In this document: positions 9,841 to 26,387 of the stretch, one piece after another
How the letters are laid out: each line of letters starts with the position of its first letter
Position numbering within the stretch: the stretch's first letter is position 1
Source: an uncultured Victivallales bacterium
GTDB taxonomy: Bacteria > Verrucomicrobiota > Kiritimatiellia > UBA8416
Direction: 5' to 3'
Assembly: GCA_964583785.1 (NCBI GenBank)
Contig: CAZOXS010000227.1
Coordinates: forward strand, 1-53,311
DNA: 53,311 bases
The notes under the pieces: generated by a model
Told to the model about the DNA's origin: nothing
Database searches by the model: none
Seen by the model: only the letters and a program-made list of their open reading frames with translations
Program-made: the position numbers and the translations under genes

Positions 9841-10206
9841 CTAAAGCACCTCTGGTGCAAGCGATACCACTTTCATATAATTCATCTCGCGCAATTCGCG
9901 GGCCACCGGCCCGAAAATCCGCGACCCGATCGGATTCTTGTTCGCATCAATAAGCACCACGGCGTTATTGTCGAACCGCAGTACACTCCCGTCGCGGCGC
10001 TTCAGCGGATGCTTGGTGCGCACGACCAGGGCCGTGCAGACCTGCCCGCTCTTGATATTCCCGTTCGGCGCCACCTCCTGCACCGCCACTTTGATGATAT
10101 CCCCGATGTGCGCATAGCGTTTCCGCTGCCCCAGCACCCGGAAACAGCGAGCACGCCGCGCCCCGGTGTTGTCCGCCACCACAAGATTGGTTTCTTCCTG
10201 TATCAT
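9841..10206 (-). CDS. rplN: 50S ribosomal protein L14
   Basis: [26 protein letters not shown]; 121 aa. Confidence 0.97.
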   Translation of the reverse strand: MIQEETNLVVADNTGARRARCFRVLGQRKRYAHIGDIIKVAVQEVAPNGNIKSGQVCTALVVRTKHPLKRRDGSVLRFDNNAVVLIDANKNPIGSRIFGPVARELREMNYMKVVSLAPEVL

Positions 10207-10229
10207 GACCTATCCCCCGGAAAACGCCC

Positions 10230-10502
10230 TCAGGCGCTCTTGGCTGTTACTTTCGTCAGGCGCCAGCGTTTCATGCGGCTCAATGGACGCGACTCCACGA
10301 TCTCCACCTTGTCACCGACCCCTGCCTCATTGTTCTCGTCATGCGCATGAAACTTGCGCCTCTGACGGATGATCTTACCGTAATCCGTGTGTGCCTTGCG
10401 TGTCTCGGTCTGCACCACAATGGTCTTGTCACCACTGCGGCTGACTACCACTCCGCCCATCGTCTTGCGGTTCCCGCGCGTCTTGCTGTTCACTTCATCC
10501 AT
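10230..10502 (-). CDS. rpsQ: 30S ribosomal protein S17
   Basis: Contains MGGVVVSRSGDKTIVVQ...HAHDENNEAGVGDKVEIVESRPLS. Confidence 0.95.
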   Translation of the reverse strand: MDEVNSKTRGNRKTMGGVVVSRSGDKTIVVQTETRKAHTDYGKIIRQRRKFHAHDENNEAGVGDKVEIVESRPLSRMKRWRLTKVTAKSA

Positions 10503-10701
10503 GGTGCTTCACACCTTCCTGTTCCCGCATCAATGTCTTGATCCGCGCAATGTCCCGACGCAGCATACGAGCCTGCAACGGGTTGTCCGCCGCGTCGGCC
10601 ACATCCTTGCGGACGTTCAGCATAAACAGCGCCTGCCGTTTCTCCTCGTACGCCTCGCACAGTTCCTCGGGACTGCGTTCCCTTAATTCGGCTGCTTTCA
10701 T
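10495..10701 (-). CDS. rpmC: 50S ribosomal protein L29
   Basis: 68 aa, MKAAELRERSPEEL. Located between rplP and rpsQ. Confidence 0.93.
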   Translation of the reverse strand: MKAAELRERSPEELCEAYEEKRQALFMLNVRKDVADAADNPLQARMLRRDIARIKTLMREQEGVKHHG

Positions 10702-10731
10702 ATCGCTTACTCTACCCTTGCCATCCGTTAA

Positions 10732-11148
10732 TCAATACTCACCGCGACGCACAAGCCGCGTCCGTAAACCGAGCTTGGCATCCGCCAACCGCAGCGCGGC
10801 CACGGCCACATCCTCTGGCACGCCGGCAACCTCGAACAAGATCCGCCCCGGACGAATCACCGCCGCCCAATACTCCGGATTGCCCTTGCCCTTGCCCATA
10901 CGCACCTCGATCGGCTTCTCCGTCACCGGCTTGTCGGGAAACACGCGGATCCACAACTTGCCCTTGCGCTTCATCTTGCGGTTGATTGCCACACGGCACG
11001 CCTCGATCTGCGTCGCCTTCAGCCACCCGCGGCTCATGCTCTTCAACCCGAACTCACCGAAATCAACATTCGTCCCCGCCTTCGCGGAACCGCTCCGGCT
11101 GCCCTTCTGCACCTTGCGGTGCTTCGTCCTTTTAGGCATAAGTGGCAT
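10732..11148 (-). CDS. rplP: 50S ribosomal protein L16
   Basis: [24 protein letters not shown] lies 9 nt upstream of the ATG at 11148. Confidence 0.96.
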   Translation of the reverse strand: MPLMPKRTKHRKVQKGSRSGSAKAGTNVDFGEFGLKSMSRGWLKATQIEACRVAINRKMKRKGKLWIRVFPDKPVTEKPIEVRMGKGKGNPEYWAAVIRPGRILFEVAGVPEDVAVAALRLADAKLGLRTRLVRRGEY

Positions 11149-11800
11149 TGCGCACAGCTCCTCTCTTGCCCTTCACGGCCTCATCCTTCTTGCAGACCCA
11201 CACTTTAACCCCGATGCGGCCCGCCGTCGTCGCGGCTTCCGCAAACCCGTAGTCGATATTCGCACGCAACGTGTGCAACGGGATCCGCCCTTCCTTGTAC
11301 CATTCGATGCGTGCCAGCTCGCTGCCGCCCAGACGCCCGGCGGCCCGGATCTTGATGCCCTCGGCCCCCAAGTCCATCGCCATCTTCATGGCCCGCTTCA
11401 TCGCCCGGCGGAACGACACACGCCGCTCCATCTGCTGGCCGATATTCGCGGCGATCAGCTGCGCGTTGCAGTCCGGATCGCGGATCTCCTGGATCTCGAT
11501 GTAGATCTCCTTGCCGGTCATCTTCGCCAGATGCATGCGAACCTTCTCAAGCTCCTGGCCCTTGCGACCGATCACGATGCCGGGACGCGCCGTATGGATG
11601 CTGATGCGGACACGATTGGCGTACCGCTCGATATCCACCCGCGCCACCGACGCGGCGTCAAGCCGCTGGCGCACGATGTCGCGAATGGCAAGATCCTCGT
11701 TCAGCATATCGCCGAACCCCTTCTTGCCGGAGAACCAACGCGACCGCCAGTCCTTATTGACGGTCACCCTAAGTCCTATTGGATTGATTTTTTGTCCCAA
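11132..11800 (-). CDS. rpsC: 30S ribosomal protein S3
   Basis: (M)[11 protein letters not shown] with a KH domain. The start codon is TTG, 8 nt after AGGAGG. Confidence 0.96.
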   Translation of the reverse strand: MGQKINPIGLRVTVNKDWRSRWFSGKKGFGDMLNEDLAIRDIVRQRLDAASVARVDIERYANRVRISIHTARPGIVIGRKGQELEKVRMHLAKMTGKEIYIEIQEIRDPDCNAQLIAANIGQQMERRVSFRRAMKRAMKMAMDLGAEGIKIRAAGRLGGSELARIEWYKEGRIPLHTLRANIDYGFAEAATTAGRIGVKVWVCKKDEAVKGKRGAVRNATYA

Positions 11801-11850
11801 AACTGAATCCTCCTAAGCCGCAGCGCCAAAAGCCCGCATTATTTACCGAA

Positions 11851-12186
11851 TTATTTACCGTCCGTCAAAACAATCTTGACGTGACACATCTTTTTCTCAA
11901 TATGCCTGACCATGCCGCGCGCCCGCGGCCAGAACCGCTTCATGCGCGGGCCCTCATCGATCACGGCTTGCTTGACCCGCAGCGTATCCGCCGGCAAGTC
12001 GGCATTGTTCTCCGCATTCGCGATCGCCGACTTCAGCGTCTTGCCGATCTCGCATGCCGCCTTGCGCTCGCCGACCGTCGTCACCTGTAGCGCCAGCGCC
12101 ACCGGCATGCCGGTCAACTTGCGCGCCAGGTCCCGTGCCTTCGACGGCCGCATCCTCACAAACTTACTAATTGCTTGTACTTCCAT
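11851..12186 (-). CDS. rplV: 50S ribosomal protein L22
   Basis: 111 aa. Conserved position between rpsS and rpsC. Contains RFWPRARGM. Confidence 0.94.
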   Translation of the reverse strand: MEVQAISKFVRMRPSKARDLARKLTGMPVALALQVTTVGERKAACEIGKTLKSAIANAENNADLPADTLRVKQAVIDEGPRMKRFWPRARGMVRHIEKKMCHVKIVLTDGK

Positions 12187-12203
12187 GGTTACCCGTCCCG
12201 TCT

Positions 12204-12482
12204 CTACTTGACTGCCTTATCCGTGTGAGACCCATGACGGCGGAACGCCCGTGTCGGCGCGAACTCGCCCAGTCGATGACCGACCATGTTCTCCGTTATG
12301 AACACCGAGATGTGCTGTTTACCGTTATGAATGCCCATCGTATGCCCGACAAACTCAGGCATGATCATCGAGCGCCGCGACCACGTCTTCATCGGCCGGC
12401 GATCCCCCGCGCGGTTCATTCGTTCGATCTTGCGCATCAGCTTCGGATCCACGTAGGGACCCTTCTTAATGGAGCGTGCCAT
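12204..12482 (-). CDS. rpsS: 30S ribosomal protein S19
   Basis: [12 protein letters not shown]...[23 protein letters not shown]. Confidence 0.97.
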   Translation of the reverse strand: MARSIKKGPYVDPKLMRKIERMNRAGDRRPMKTWSRRSMIMPEFVGHTMGIHNGKQHISVFITENMVGHRLGEFAPTRAFRRHGSHTDKAVK

Positions 12483-12485
12483 AGT

Positions 12486-13310
12486 CTATTTTCTCCGCTT
12501 GACAATGAATTTACTGGAAGGCTTGCGCCGACCCCGCGTCTTGCCGCCCTTCGCCAACTGTCCCCATGGCGAAACCGGATGCCCACCACCGGAGGTGCGG
12601 CCTTCGCCGCCGCCCATCGGATGGTCGACCGGGTTCATCGCCACGCCGCGCACCGTCGGGCGAATGCCACGCCAGCGCTTGCGTCCCGCCTTACCCATGC
12701 TCTCCTTGCCGTGCTCGGAATTCCCCACCTGGCCAACGGTCGCCATGCAGCTCACGTTGATCATGCGGATTTCGCCGCTCGGCAGCTTGATCTGCGCGAA
12801 GCGCCCCTCGCGGGACATCAGCTGCGCACTGCCGCCTGCACTGCGGCAAACCTTGCCGCCGCGCCCCGGCTCGAGCTCGATATTGTGGATGAACAGTCCC
12901 AGCGGGATGTTCGCCAGCGGCAGGGCGTTGCCAACCGTGGCCTCCGCCGCCTCACCCGAGACCACCTGCTCGCCGACCTTCAGCTTCGCCGGTGCCAGGA
13001 TGTAGCGTTTCTCGCCGTCCACGTAATGCAGCAGCGCAATGTTGGCCGAACGGCCAGGATCATACTCGATCGCCGCCACTTTCGCCGGAATGCCCGCCTT
13101 GTCACGCTTGAAATCGATCACGCGCAACTTGCGCTTGTGGCCACCGCCACGATGGCGAACCGTGATCCGGCCGGCCGAGTTACGCCCTGCCTTCTGCTTC
13201 GTGGGGCGAACCAGTGATCGCTCCGGCTTTGTCTTGGTAATCTCGTCGAACCCCGAAACGGTCGTGAACCGCATGCTCGGTGTCGTCGGATTGTATTTCT
13301 TAAGTGCCAT
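12486..13310 (-). CDS. rplB: 50S ribosomal protein L2
   Basis: [15 protein letters not shown]...[10 protein letters not shown]. The ATG at 13310 has an SD, so the upstream extension to 13331 is rejected. Confidence 0.96.
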   Translation of the reverse strand: MALKKYNPTTPSMRFTTVSGFDEITKTKPERSLVRPTKQKAGRNSAGRITVRHRGGGHKRKLRVIDFKRDKAGIPAKVAAIEYDPGRSANIALLHYVDGEKRYILAPAKLKVGEQVVSGEAAEATVGNALPLANIPLGLFIHNIELEPGRGGKVCRSAGGSAQLMSREGRFAQIKLPSGEIRMINVSCMATVGQVGNSEHGKESMGKAGRKRWRGIRPTVRGVAMNPVDHPMGGGEGRTSGGGHPVSPWGQLAKGGKTRGRRKPSSKFIVKRRK

Positions 13311-13342
13311 GGTTCCTCTTCTCTGTCGCAACGTCTATCGCA

Positions 13343-13624
13343 CTATGCCAAATCAATTTTATTGTCAGCCGCCAGTGTCACCACCGCGCGCTTCCAGTCC
13401 GGCCGCTTGCCGAACTTCGCCGTCCGCTGACGCTTCTTCTTACCTTCGTAATTCATGGTGTTGACCTTCGTGACCGTCACGTCAAACAATGACTCCACGG
13501 CCCGCTTGATCTCCACCTTGTTCGAATCCGAAGCCACCTCGAAAAGGTACTTGTTCGCCTCGCCGAGAAGCGCACCCTTTTCCGTAACCTGCATCTTCCT
13601 GATGACTGATCGTGAATCCTTCAT
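13343..13624 (-). CDS. rplW: 50S ribosomal protein L23
   Basis: 93 aa. Contains TEKG...FEV and FDVTVTKVNT. Confidence 0.94.
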   Translation of the reverse strand: MKDSRSVIRKMQVTEKGALLGEANKYLFEVASDSNKVEIKRAVESLFDVTVTKVNTMNYEGKKKRQRTAKFGKRPDWKRAVVTLAADNKIDLA

Positions 13625-13633
13625 CTGCCCGCC

Positions 13634-14260
13634 TTACTTCGCTAAACGCGCCATGAGCTGTTCCAGACCCGCGCTGTTAGCCAGCACCACCGGATACCGC
13701 AGCAATTGATAAACATTGACATCAGCCGCACGCACCAGCTCCACCCGCGGCACATTCCGCACCGCCCGCGCCAGCTCCCGCTCGACCGTATCCACCACCA
13801 CCAGCGCCGGACCGCTGACCCCCTGCGCCTTGAGCAGCGCGGCAAACGCCTTGGTCTTGGGCGCCTCGATCGTCAACGGCTCGACAACCCGCACCACGCC
13901 CGCACTCAACGCCTCGCTCAACGCGCGCCGGAAGGCCAGCTTCGACACCTTCTTGTTGACCTTGACCCCATAGTCACGCGGACGGGGGCCGAAGGTTGTC
14001 GCGCCACCGCGCCAGATCGTTGACTGCTTGTAACCGGCACGTGCCCGGCCAGTGCCCTTCTGCTTCCAGGGCTTCGCCCCGGTGCCGGCCACTTCGCCCT
14101 TCTGGAGTGTGCAGGCTGTTCCGGCACGGCGGCCGTTCGTCAGCGCCACCACGGCATCCTGCACGGCCTGCGCACCCTTCTCCATCTCCAGCAGCCCGGC
14201 GGGAACATCGATTTCCCCGGTCGCATCGCCGGCCGCATTATACTTCTTTACCATACTCAT
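13634..14260 (-). CDS. rplD: 50S ribosomal protein L4
   Basis: Contains [26 protein letters not shown]. The ATGA overlaps the rplC stop. Confidence 0.96.
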   Translation of the reverse strand: MSMVKKYNAAGDATGEIDVPAGLLEMEKGAQAVQDAVVALTNGRRAGTACTLQKGEVAGTGAKPWKQKGTGRARAGYKQSTIWRGGATTFGPRPRDYGVKVNKKVSKLAFRRALSEALSAGVVRVVEPLTIEAPKTKAFAALLKAQGVSGPALVVVDTVERELARAVRNVPRVELVRAADVNVYQLLRYPVVLANSAGLEQLMARLAK

Positions 14261-14895
14261 GCCGCCCCTGCCTTCTTCAACGCCTTTTTCACGATCACCA
14301 GGCTGCCGTTGGCCCCCGGTACCGCACCCTGCACCAACAGCAGATTATCCGCCCCGCGTACATCAAGCAGCTTCAGGCTCTGCTGGGTAACACGTACGTT
14401 GCCCATATGTCCGGGCATCATCTGCCCCTTCGCCACGCGCGCCGGGTACGAGCACTGCCCGATCGAACCGACACGACGTTTCGAATGGCCACCATGCGTC
14501 ATACGACCGCCGCCCGCGTTGAAGCGCTTGACCACACCGGCGAAACCGCGTCCTTTGGTCGTGCCCACCACGTCGACATGACTGACACCCTCGAACATCG
14601 AGACCGTCACCTGCGAGCCAACCACCGTCTCGTCGTCACTGGCGCAGGCAAACTCGCGCAGGATCCGCTGTGGCTCCACACCGGCCTTCGCATACTGCCC
14701 GGCTTTCGGCTTGCTCAGCCGCGACGCCTTCTGGGGGCCGTAACCGAGTTGCATGGCATCGTATCCATCACGCTCACGCGTCTTGCGCTGTACAACGACA
14801 CAAGGACCCGCCGCAATGACGGTAACCGCCACGCGCTTCCCGTCCGCATCGAAAATCTGCGTCATTCCCAGCTTTTTTCCAATCAGTCCGTTCAT
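14257..14895 (-). CDS. rplC: 50S ribosomal protein L3
   Basis: [18 protein letters not shown] at 14895. The track start at 14910 is a TTG that overlaps rpsJ. Confidence 0.95.
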   Translation of the reverse strand: MNGLIGKKLGMTQIFDADGKRVAVTVIAAGPCVVVQRKTRERDGYDAMQLGYGPQKASRLSKPKAGQYAKAGVEPQRILREFACASDDETVVGSQVTVSMFEGVSHVDVVGTTKGRGFAGVVKRFNAGGGRMTHGGHSKRRVGSIGQCSYPARVAKGQMMPGHMGNVRVTQQSLKLLDVRGADNLLLVQGAVPGANGSLVIVKKALKKAGAA

Positions 14896-14906
14896 GATAC
14901 CTTCAC

Positions 14907-15215
14907 TCAAAGCTTGATCGTTATATCCACCCCCGCCGGCAGGTTGAGCTTCTTGAGCTCATCAACCGTCTTTGCCGTCGGCTCTATTATGTCCAGCAGC
15001 CGTTTATGCGTACGCATCTCGAACTGCTCCATCGATTTCTTGTTCACATGCGGGCTGCGATTCACCGTAAACCGCTCAATCCGGGTCGGCAGCGGCGTCG
15101 GACCCGCGACTTGCGCCCCGGTCCCTCTCGCCGTGTCGATAATGTCTGTTACCGCCTGATCCAGTACACTGTGATCATACGCCTGCAATCGAATTCGTAT
15201 GCGCTGTCCATCCAT
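14907..15215 (-). CDS. rpsJ: 30S ribosomal protein S10
   Basis: [19 protein letters not shown]...; 102 aa. Confidence 0.97.
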   Translation of the reverse strand: MDGQRIRIRLQAYDHSVLDQAVTDIIDTARGTGAQVAGPTPLPTRIERFTVNRSPHVNKKSMEQFEMRTHKRLLDIIEPTAKTVDELKKLNLPAGVDITIKL

Positions 15216-15222
15216 GCCAATC

Positions 15223-17313
15223 TCACTTGTTCAATAACTCTTTTTGCAACGGCTCCGGCACAATATCGAATTGTACCGGCTCCATTGTGTAACTAGCCCG
15301 CCCGCGAGTCAGTGACCGTATCGCAGTCGAGTACCCAAACAATGCCGCCAGCGGTACGGTTGCATGCACCGCCTGTATCTCCCCCTTCGCGATCATGTCA
15401 TTGACCTTCCCGCGTCGGCTGCTCACATCCCCGAGCACGTCCCCCATGTATTCAACCGGGGTGACGATCTCCAGCGCCATAATCGGCTCTAGCATCGCCG
15501 GGCCCGCCGCCATCACGGCCTCCCGGAAGGCCATTGTCGCGGCCGTCCGGAACGCCACCTCGGTCGAAAATTCCTGATCAAAACGAACATCCGTCACCCG
15601 GATATCCACATCCGTCACCGCATAGCGCGAAAGCACCCCCGTCATCGCCCCGTCCTGGAGCCCGCACTCCACGCTGGCCCTGAACGCCTCGGGCAGCACG
15701 CGCGTGCTCACCTCGATACCGATCGCATTCCCGCTGCCGCGCTCGCGTGGCGAGACACTGACGGTAACGCCTGCCACATGCCGCTGCCCGCCCAGATCCC
15801 GGTCGAACAGATGCTCCCGGCTTGCCTTGCCCGTCACCGTTTCCTGGTAGGCGACCATCGGCCGTCCCGTGTTCGCCGCCACCTTGAACTCGCGCAGCAT
15901 CCGATCCTTTAAAATCTCCAAGTGCAGCTCGCCCATTCCGCTAATCACGGTTTGCCCGGTCTCTGCATCCTGCTTGACGATGCAGGTCGGATCCTCGTCC
16001 GCCAGCGACTGCATCGCCGCCACCAGCTTATCCTTGTCCGCCCGCGTCCTTGGCTCCACCGCCATGAACATGACCGGCTCCGGGAACCGAATCCGCAGCA
16101 GCTCAACCGGATCATTCTCCGCGCAAAGCGTATCGGCCGTCGTCACGCCCTTCAACCCGCCAATCGCGCCAATCTCACCTGAGCACAGGAAATCGACTTC
16201 ATCCCGCGCATTGGCATGCACCCGCATCAGGTTCATGACGCGTTCACGCTTGTGGGTCCGGGGATTGTACACGTTCTGGCCTTTTCGCAGGACCCCGCTG
16301 TAGATTCGGACATAGGCAATCCGTCCCACGTAGGGATCACTGGCAAGCTTGAAGACCAGCGCACTCAGCGGACCGTCATCACCGGCCTCACGCCGCACCA
16401 CCGCGTTTGTCTTCGGATGATGGCCTTCGGTCGGCGGTACATCCAGCGGCGAAGGCAGATAGTGGACCACGGCGTCCAGCAGCGGCTGCACACCCTTGTT
16501 CTTGAGAGCAGAGCCGCAAAACACGGGCGTCATCTCGTTCGCAACGACAACCCGTCTGATGCCTGCTTTAAGGACGTCTGCAGACAAGTCGCCCTGCTCG
16601 AGATAGGCTTCCAAGACGATTTCGTCTTTTTCAGCAACCTTTTCAACAAGTTCCGCGCGGGCCGCTATCGCCGCCTCGCGCAATTCATCAGGTATTTCAA
16701 TCCGCTGGATGATGGCGCCCTGTGACTCATCGTCAAAGACAACCGCATTCATCTCGACCAGATCCACGACCCCCTTCAAGGCTTCTTCCTGCCCCCAGGG
16801 AATCTGCGCCGCAACCGCATTGGCGTGCAGCCGCTCGCGCATCTCGGTAATCACGCGCCCAAAATCAGCCCCCATCCGGTCAAGCTTGTTGATGAAGGCA
16901 ATCCGCGGGACGTGATACCGTTCTGCCTGCCGCCAGACCGTCTCGGACTGCGGCTGGACACCCCCAACCCCGCAGAAGACCCCGATAGCTCCATCCAGCA
17001 CGCGTAGCGATCGCTCCACCTCGACCGTGAAATCAACATGCCCCGGCGTGTCAATGATATTGACCTGGTGATCCTGCCAGTAGCACGTTGTCGCCGCGCT
17101 GGTGATCGTGATCCCACGCTCCTTCTCCTGCTCCATCCAGTCCATCACGGTGTTGCCATCATGCACTTCGCCAAGCTTGTGCACGCGACCCGCGTAGAAC
17201 AGGATGCGCTCAGTAGTGGTGGTCTTGCCCGCATCTATGTGCGCGATAATACCGATGTTCCGTACATTGGACAAAGGGCGATCCCGGCCTTCCGCCTCAT
17301 GACGGGAGTCCAT
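15223..17313 (-). CDS. fusA: Elongation factor G
   Basis: Contains [28 protein letters not shown] and NKLD. The ATG at 17313 is preferred over the TTG at 17343. Confidence 0.96.
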   Translation of the reverse strand: MDSRHEAEGRDRPLSNVRNIGIIAHIDAGKTTTTERILFYAGRVHKLGEVHDGNTVMDWMEQEKERGITITSAATTCYWQDHQVNIIDTPGHVDFTVEVERSLRVLDGAIGVFCGVGGVQPQSETVWRQAERYHVPRIAFINKLDRMGADFGRVITEMRERLHANAVAAQIPWGQEEALKGVVDLVEMNAVVFDDESQGAIIQRIEIPDELREAAIAARAELVEKVAEKDEIVLEAYLEQGDLSADVLKAGIRRVVVANEMTPVFCGSALKNKGVQPLLDAVVHYLPSPLDVPPTEGHHPKTNAVVRREAGDDGPLSALVFKLASDPYVGRIAYVRIYSGVLRKGQNVYNPRTHKRERVMNLMRVHANARDEVDFLCSGEIGAIGGLKGVTTADTLCAENDPVELLRIRFPEPVMFMAVEPRTRADKDKLVAAMQSLADEDPTCIVKQDAETGQTVISGMGELHLEILKDRMLREFKVAANTGRPMVAYQETVTGKASREHLFDRDLGGQRHVAGVTVSVSPRERGSGNAIGIEVSTRVLPEAFRASVECGLQDGAMTGVLSRYAVTDVDIRVTDVRFDQEFSTEVAFRTAATMAFREAVMAAGPAMLEPIMALEIVTPVEYMGDVLGDVSSRRGKVNDMIAKGEIQAVHATVPLAALFGYSTAIRSLTRGRASYTMEPVQFDIVPEPLQKELLNK

Positions 17314-17393
17314 GGAACCCTTGGATTTTACCTTATTGTCCAAGACGGCACCTGTACTTGTTTCTCGATGTCAAAGAACGAACGAAATCTCAA

Positions 17394-17864
17394 CTACCAC
17401 GCATAATGCGCAAACGCTTTATTCGCTTGCGCCATCTTATGCGTGTCCTCGCGCTTCTTGATGCAGGCACCCTGATTGTTATAAGCATCCTGCAACTCGA
17501 CCGCGATTGCCTGCTCCATCGGCATTCCCCGACGGGCAGACGAATATTGAATCAACCAGCGAAGCGCCAGCGCCATCTGGCGACGCGGGCTGATCTCCAC
17601 CGGTACCTGATAGGTGGCACCACCGACACGGCGCGACTTCACCTCAACCCGAGGTTTGATGTTGTCGATCGCCTTGATCAGGATACCGAGCGGATCCTGC
17701 GAGGATTTCTCCTCGATCCGACCCATCGCCCCGTAAATAATCCGTTCGGCCGTGGTCTTCTTGCCCGCTCGCATCACATAGTTGATCACTCGCGCGACCA
17801 GCTCGCTGTTATACTTCGGGTCAGGAAGCACCTGCCGCCGTTCTGCTTTTCGTCTCCGTGCCAT
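17394..17864 (-). CDS. rpsG: 30S ribosomal protein S7
   Basis: MARRRKAERRQVLPDPKYNS...; 156 aa. Confidence 0.97.
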   Translation of the reverse strand: MARRRKAERRQVLPDPKYNSELVARVINYVMRAGKKTTAERIIYGAMGRIEEKSSQDPLGILIKAIDNIKPRVEVKSRRVGGATYQVPVEISPRRQMALALRWLIQYSSARRGMPMEQAIAVELQDAYNNQGACIKKREDTHKMAQANKAFAHYAW

Positions 17865-17889
17865 ACGCTTCTAACCTCACCCGCGAGCG

Positions 17890-18267
17890 TCAGCTCGCCT
17901 TTTTACGCTTCACACCATATTTCGAACGACCGCGATTACGCTTGGCAACCCCGAGGCTGTCTAGCGCACCACGCACCACGTGGTAGCGCACACCGGGAAG
18001 ATCCTTGACGCGACCGCCGCGCACCAGCACCACGCTGTGCTCCTGTAGATTATGACCTTCACCACCAATGTAGGCACTGACCTCGTACCCGGAAGTCAAC
18101 CGCACACGGGCCACCTTGCGCAGCGCGGAGTTCGGCTTCTTCGGGGTCATCGTCTTGACCTGGAGGCAGACACCGCGCTTCTGCGGGCACCCCACCAGCG
18201 CACGCGATTTGCTCTTGGTCTTGGGCGTCTGACGGCCCTTTCTCACTAACTGATTAATCGTCGGCAT
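17890..18267 (-). CDS. rpsL: 30S ribosomal protein S12
   Basis: [13 protein letters not shown]...[15 protein letters not shown]. Confidence 0.98.
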   Translation of the reverse strand: MPTINQLVRKGRQTPKTKSKSRALVGCPQKRGVCLQVKTMTPKKPNSALRKVARVRLTSGYEVSAYIGGEGHNLQEHSVVLVRGGRVKDLPGVRYHVVRGALDSLGVAKRNRGRSKYGVKRKKAS

Positions 18268-18302
18268 ACCTTGTTTCCTCTACTTTTCGCAAACGAGCGC
18301 AT

Positions 18303-18332
18303 ACTCTATCAAAACTTTAATGGGGAATTCAA
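18303..18332 (-). promoter_or_regulatory. Candidate sigma70-type promoter for rpsL-rpsG-fusA in the rpoC-rpsL spacer
   Basis: The minus strand reads TTGAAT (18332-18327), an 18-nt spacer ending in TGA, then TAGAGT (18308-18303). This is motif inspection only. Confidence 0.25.
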
Positions 18333-18335
18333 GAC

Positions 18336-22523
<4,188 letters not shown>

Positions 22524-22552
22524 TGTAGTTGCCTCCCGGCTTAAGCTTCGTT

Positions 22553-25500
22553 TTATAACAGACGACTGCGCTTCTGCCCCTCGACTTGTATGTCAAGGCA
22601 CAACCCGCGAAGCTCGTTGATCAGAACACTGAAGGATTCCGGCATCCCCGCGTCCAGCGTGTTGGTTCCCTTCACGATGGACTCGTAGATGCGCGTACGG
22701 CCGCTGACATCGTCGCTCTTGACCGTCAGCAGTTCCTGCAGCGCGAACGCCACCCCGTAGGCCTCCAGCGCCCAGACCTCCATTTCGCCCAGACGCTGCC
22801 CGCCGTACTGCGCCTTGCCGCCCAGCGGTTGCTGCGTCACGAGCGAGTAGGGGCCCACTGCGCGAGCGTGGATCTTGTCGGTCACCAAGTGGTGCAGCTT
22901 CAGGATATAGATCTGCCCAACCACGACGCGCTGATCAAACGGCTCGCCCGTGCGCCCGTCATACAGGACGCTCTTGCCGTCGCGCGGCAACCCGGCCTTC
23001 TCCAGCAGGTCGTCGATCGCGCCCTCCTTGATACCATCAAACACCGGCGTAGCCGCATGCATGCCAAGAATCTTGCACGCTGCGCCCAGATGCGTCTCGA
23101 ACACCTGACCCAGGTTCATGCGCGACGGCACACCCAGCGGGTTGAGCACCACCTCGACCGGCGTCCCGTCCGGCAGGAACGGCATGTCCGCATCCGGCAC
23201 GATCCGGGCCACAACACCCTTGTTGCCATGCCGGCCGGCCAGCTTGTCACCCACCGAGAGCTTCTTCTTGGCCGCGATGTAGACCTTCACCTGCTTGATG
23301 ATACCCGCATCCAGATCGTCACCACTCTCCAGCCGTTCCAGCGAGCGCTCGTGCTCCTCGTCGATCTCGGCGAACTTCGGCTTGTACTCGTTGATGATGG
23401 CGTCGATCTTGATCTGGATCGGGCTGCTCTCGATCGCGATATGCTCGCTGACCGCGGCCAGCTTGCGCAGCAGCGTCTTGGTGATCTTGCGGTTGGCCGG
23501 GATCACAACCTCGTCGGCTTCCACATCGCGGACGTCCAGCGGGATCTTCTCGCCTAGGAGAACATTGCTCAGCGCCTCGGTCAGATCGTTCTGTAATTCC
23601 TGACGCTTCGCCTTGTGGTCATCCTCGATCGCCTTGCGCTGGCGCTTGCGTTCCGCCGGCGTGCTCTCGGCACTCTTCGCCTCCTTGTGCGCCGTGACCT
23701 TGACATCCATCACGATGCCGTAGGTCCCGCTCGGCACGGTCAGCGAGGTGTCGCGCACCTCTGCCGCCTTCTCGCCGAAAATGGCACGCAGCAGGCGCTC
23801 TTCCGGTGCCAGCTCGGTCTCGCTCTTGGGCGTGATCTTGCCGACCAGAATGTCGCCTGGGCGCACTTCCGCACCCGGACGGATCACGCCGTCGGGGCCC
23901 AGGTTGCGCAGCGCCTCCTCGCCGACATTCGGGATGTCCCGCGTGATCTCCTCCGGGCCGAGCTTCGTGTCGCGCGCCCCGACCTCGAATTCCTGGATCT
24001 GGATCGACGTGAAGGTGTCTTCCCGCACCAGCCGCTGGCTGATCAGGATCGCATCCTCGAAATTGTAACCGCACCAGGGCATGAAGGCCACCAGCAGATT
24101 CTTGCCCAGCGCCAGCTCGCCCTGGTCCGTGGCCGGTCCATCCGCCAGCGTATCCCCGGCTTCAACCCGCTGCCCGATCCGCACGATCGGTTTCTGGTTG
24201 ATGCAGGTCCCCGCGTTCGAACGCCGGAATTTCTGTAGGCGGTACTCACGACACGACTCTTCGGAGGTACGCTTGGTCGGCATGCTGCCATCATCGGAAA
24301 CCACAATGCGCGTGGCCGAGACATAAGCAACCGTACCGGCCCGTTCCGCCAGGACCATGACGTGCGAGTCACGCGCCGCGCGCTCCTCCAGCCCCGTCGC
24401 CACGAACGGGCGTTCCACCCGCAGCAGCGGCACGGCCTGCCGCATCATGTTCGCCCCCATCAACGCGCGATTGGCATCGTCATGCTCAAGGAACGGGATC
24501 AGTCCCGCCGCGATACTGATGACCTGCTTGGGCGACACGTCCATGTAGTCGATTTCCGTACCGGGGACTTCCAAAAAGTCGCCACGGTGGCGGACCCAGA
24601 CCAACGGATTATGGAACTTGCCGTCCGCCTCGAGCACGGCATTCGCCTGCGCGATCACGAACCGTTCCTCCTTGTCGGCCGAGAGATACTCTACTTCATC
24701 GGTTACACGGCCGTCCTTGACCTTGCGGTAGGGACTCTCGATAAAACCGAAGTCATTCACGCGGGCATAAATACTGAGCGAGGAGATCAGGCCGATGTTC
24801 GGACCTTCCGGCGTCTCGATCGGACAGATGCGCCCGTAATGACTGCTATGAACGTCGCGAACCTCGAACCCGGCACGCTCGCGGCTCAGGCCGCCCGGTC
24901 CCAACGCGCTGAGACGACGCTTGTGCGCCAGCTCGGAAAGCGGGTTGGTCTGGTCCATGAACTGGCTAAGCTGGCTGCGCCCGAAGAAGTCCTGCACCAC
25001 CGCCGAGAGCGACTTCGAATTGACCAGCCGCTGCGGCGATAGCGTTCCCGTCGTCGGGTCGAAGAGCGTCATCCGCTCGCGGATCAAACGCTCCGTGCGG
25101 GCCAGCCCCATACGGCACTGGTTCTCCATCAGCTCGCCGATCGTGCGGACACGACGGCTGCCGAGATGATCGATATCATCGACATTCTCGGACCCGCGGC
25201 GCACATTGATCAGATGCCGCAGGGCCTCGATCACATCGCGCTCGTCCAGAACGCGCATGTCATTGTCGATCTCGGTATCCAGACCGAGTTTCTGGTTGAT
25301 CTTGTAGCGGCCTACCCGCCCAAGGTCATAGCGGCGCGGATCAAAGAACAACCGCCGCAGAAGCTGCCGGGCGTTCGACGGGGTCGCCGGATCGCCGGGA
25401 CGCAGCTTGTGATAAATATCCTTGAGTGCATCGTCAGACGTGTGCATCGGATCAGCCTTCAGGCTCTTGAGCATCAGTCCTTCATCCCACGACACATCCA

Positions 25501-26317
25501 CCACGGACACCGCCGTGATCCCGGCATCGCGGATCTGCTTGATCGCCGCCTCGGTCAATGGCTCGTACTTGCGTGCCAGTACCGTCTTGGAATCCAGGTC
25601 GATGATATCGTCCTTGAACACCTTGTTGAGCAGGTCATCCTCGCGCATGCGGCTGGTGATCTTGATATCTGCAAAATCGTAGTACAGCCCGAGGATCTCC
25701 TCGTCCGTACCGTATCCCAGCGCCCGCAGAAACGTGGTCGCCAGGAACTTGCGGCGGCGGCGTTTGCGGTCCATGTAGATCCAGATCAGGTCCGACGTGT
25801 CAAACTGGATTTCGATCCAGGAACCACGGTCCGGAATAACCCGGATCGAATAAAGCATCGCCCCGTTCGCATGGACCGACCGCTCGCTGCAGATGCCCGG
25901 CGAACGGTGCAACTGACTAACCACCACCCGCTCCGCGCCATTCACCACGAAGGCACCGGTCTCGGTCATCAAGGGCACATCGCCCATGAAGACGACATCC
26001 TCGACCACCGAGTCCCCATCCTTCAAACGGAACGTGACGTGTAGAGGGGCAGCATAGGTCTGCCCCTCATACACGCACTCCACCGGGTCCAGTTTCGGTT
26101 CGGAAAGCTCGTATTTCGCGAAATCAAGCACATAACGTCCGTCATAGCTCTCGATCGGAAATACTTCCTTGAATATCCCCTGCAGCCCTTGCGCTTTACG
26201 ATCCCCTTCCGCAACATCGCGCTGCAGGAATTCCCGGTAAGAACGGGTCTGCACCTCGATCAGGTTCGGGGGATCAATAATCTCTCGCAGATTTCCAAAG
26301 TTTGTTCTATCTACCAC
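22553..26317 (-). CDS. rpoB: DNA-directed RNA polymerase beta subunit
   Basis: About 1254 aa. Contains [24 protein letters not shown] and [19 protein letters not shown]. The GTG at 26317 lies 5 nt after GAGGTG. The track start (TTG 26341) has no SD. Confidence 0.97.
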   Translation of the reverse strand: MVDRTNFGNLREIIDPPNLIEVQTRSYREFLQRDVAEGDRKAQGLQGIFKEVFPIESYDGRYVLDFAKYELSEPKLDPVECVYEGQTYAAPLHVTFRLKDGDSVVEDVVFMGDVPLMTETGAFVVNGAERVVVSQLHRSPGICSERSVHANGAMLYSIRVIPDRGSWIEIQFDTSDLIWIYMDRKRRRRKFLATTFLRALGYGTDEEILGLYYDFADIKITSRMREDDLLNKVFKDDIIDLDSKTVLARKYEPLTEAAIKQIRDAGITAVSVVDVSWDEGLMLKSLKADPMHTSDDALKDIYHKLRPGDPATPSNARQLLRRLFFDPRRYDLGRVGRYKINQKLGLDTEIDNDMRVLDERDVIEALRHLINVRRGSENVDDIDHLGSRRVRTIGELMENQCRMGLARTERLIRERMTLFDPTTGTLSPQRLVNSKSLSAVVQDFFGRSQLSQFMDQTNPLSELAHKRRLSALGPGGLSRERAGFEVRDVHSSHYGRICPIETPEGPNIGLISSLSIYARVNDFGFIESPYRKVKDGRVTDEVEYLSADKEERFVIAQANAVLEADGKFHNPLVWVRHRGDFLEVPGTEIDYMDVSPKQVISIAAGLIPFLEHDDANRALMGANMMRQAVPLLRVERPFVATGLEERAARDSHVMVLAERAGTVAYVSATRIVVSDDGSMPTKRTSEESCREYRLQKFRRSNAGTCINQKPIVRIGQRVEAGDTLADGPATDQGELALGKNLLVAFMPWCGYNFEDAILISQRLVREDTFTSIQIQEFEVGARDTKLGPEEITRDIPNVGEEALRNLGPDGVIRPGAEVRPGDILVGKITPKSETELAPEERLLRAIFGEKAAEVRDTSLTVPSGTYGIVMDVKVTAHKEAKSAESTPAERKRQRKAIEDDHKAKRQELQNDLTEALSNVLLGEKIPLDVRDVEADEVVIPANRKITKTLLRKLAAVSEHIAIESSPIQIKIDAIINEYKPKFAEIDEEHERSLERLESGDDLDAGIIKQVKVYIAAKKKLSVGDKLAGRHGNKGVVARIVPDADMPFLPDGTPVEVVLNPLGVPSRMNLGQVFETHLGAACKILGMHAATPVFDGIKEGAIDDLLEKAGLPRDGKSVLYDGRTGEPFDQRVVVGQIYILKLHHLVTDKIHARAVGPYSLVTQQPLGGKAQYGGQRLGEMEVWALEAYGVAFALQELLTVKSDDVSGRTRIYESIVKGTNTLDAGMPESFSVLINELRGLCLDIQVEGQKRSRLL

Positions 26318-26355
26318 AAAGGCACCTCGCTGTTTATTCAAAGTCTACCGAATCC

Positions 26356-26365
26356 GGGGGGGGGG
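26356..26365. repeat. G10 (C10 on the coding strand) homopolymer in the rplL-rpoB spacer
   Basis: Direct reading: ...aatccGGGGGGGGGGaaccg... Confidence 0.9.
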
Positions 26366-26387
26366 AACCGATGCTGCCGATGTGCTG

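Noticed and set aside
10538-11806. 422-aa plus-strand ORF across rpmC, rplP and rpsC
   Set aside because: It lies antisense to three canonical ribosomal protein genes. It is a Ser/Arg/Pro-rich shadow frame.
22586-26044. Plus-strand ORFs 22586-23557, 23615-24238, 24362-25042 and 25166-26044
   Set aside because: They lie antisense to rpoB.
26318-26341. TTG at 26341 as the rpoB start (track annotation)
   Set aside because: No SD lies upstream of it, whereas the in-frame GTG at 26317 lies 5 nt after GAGGTG.
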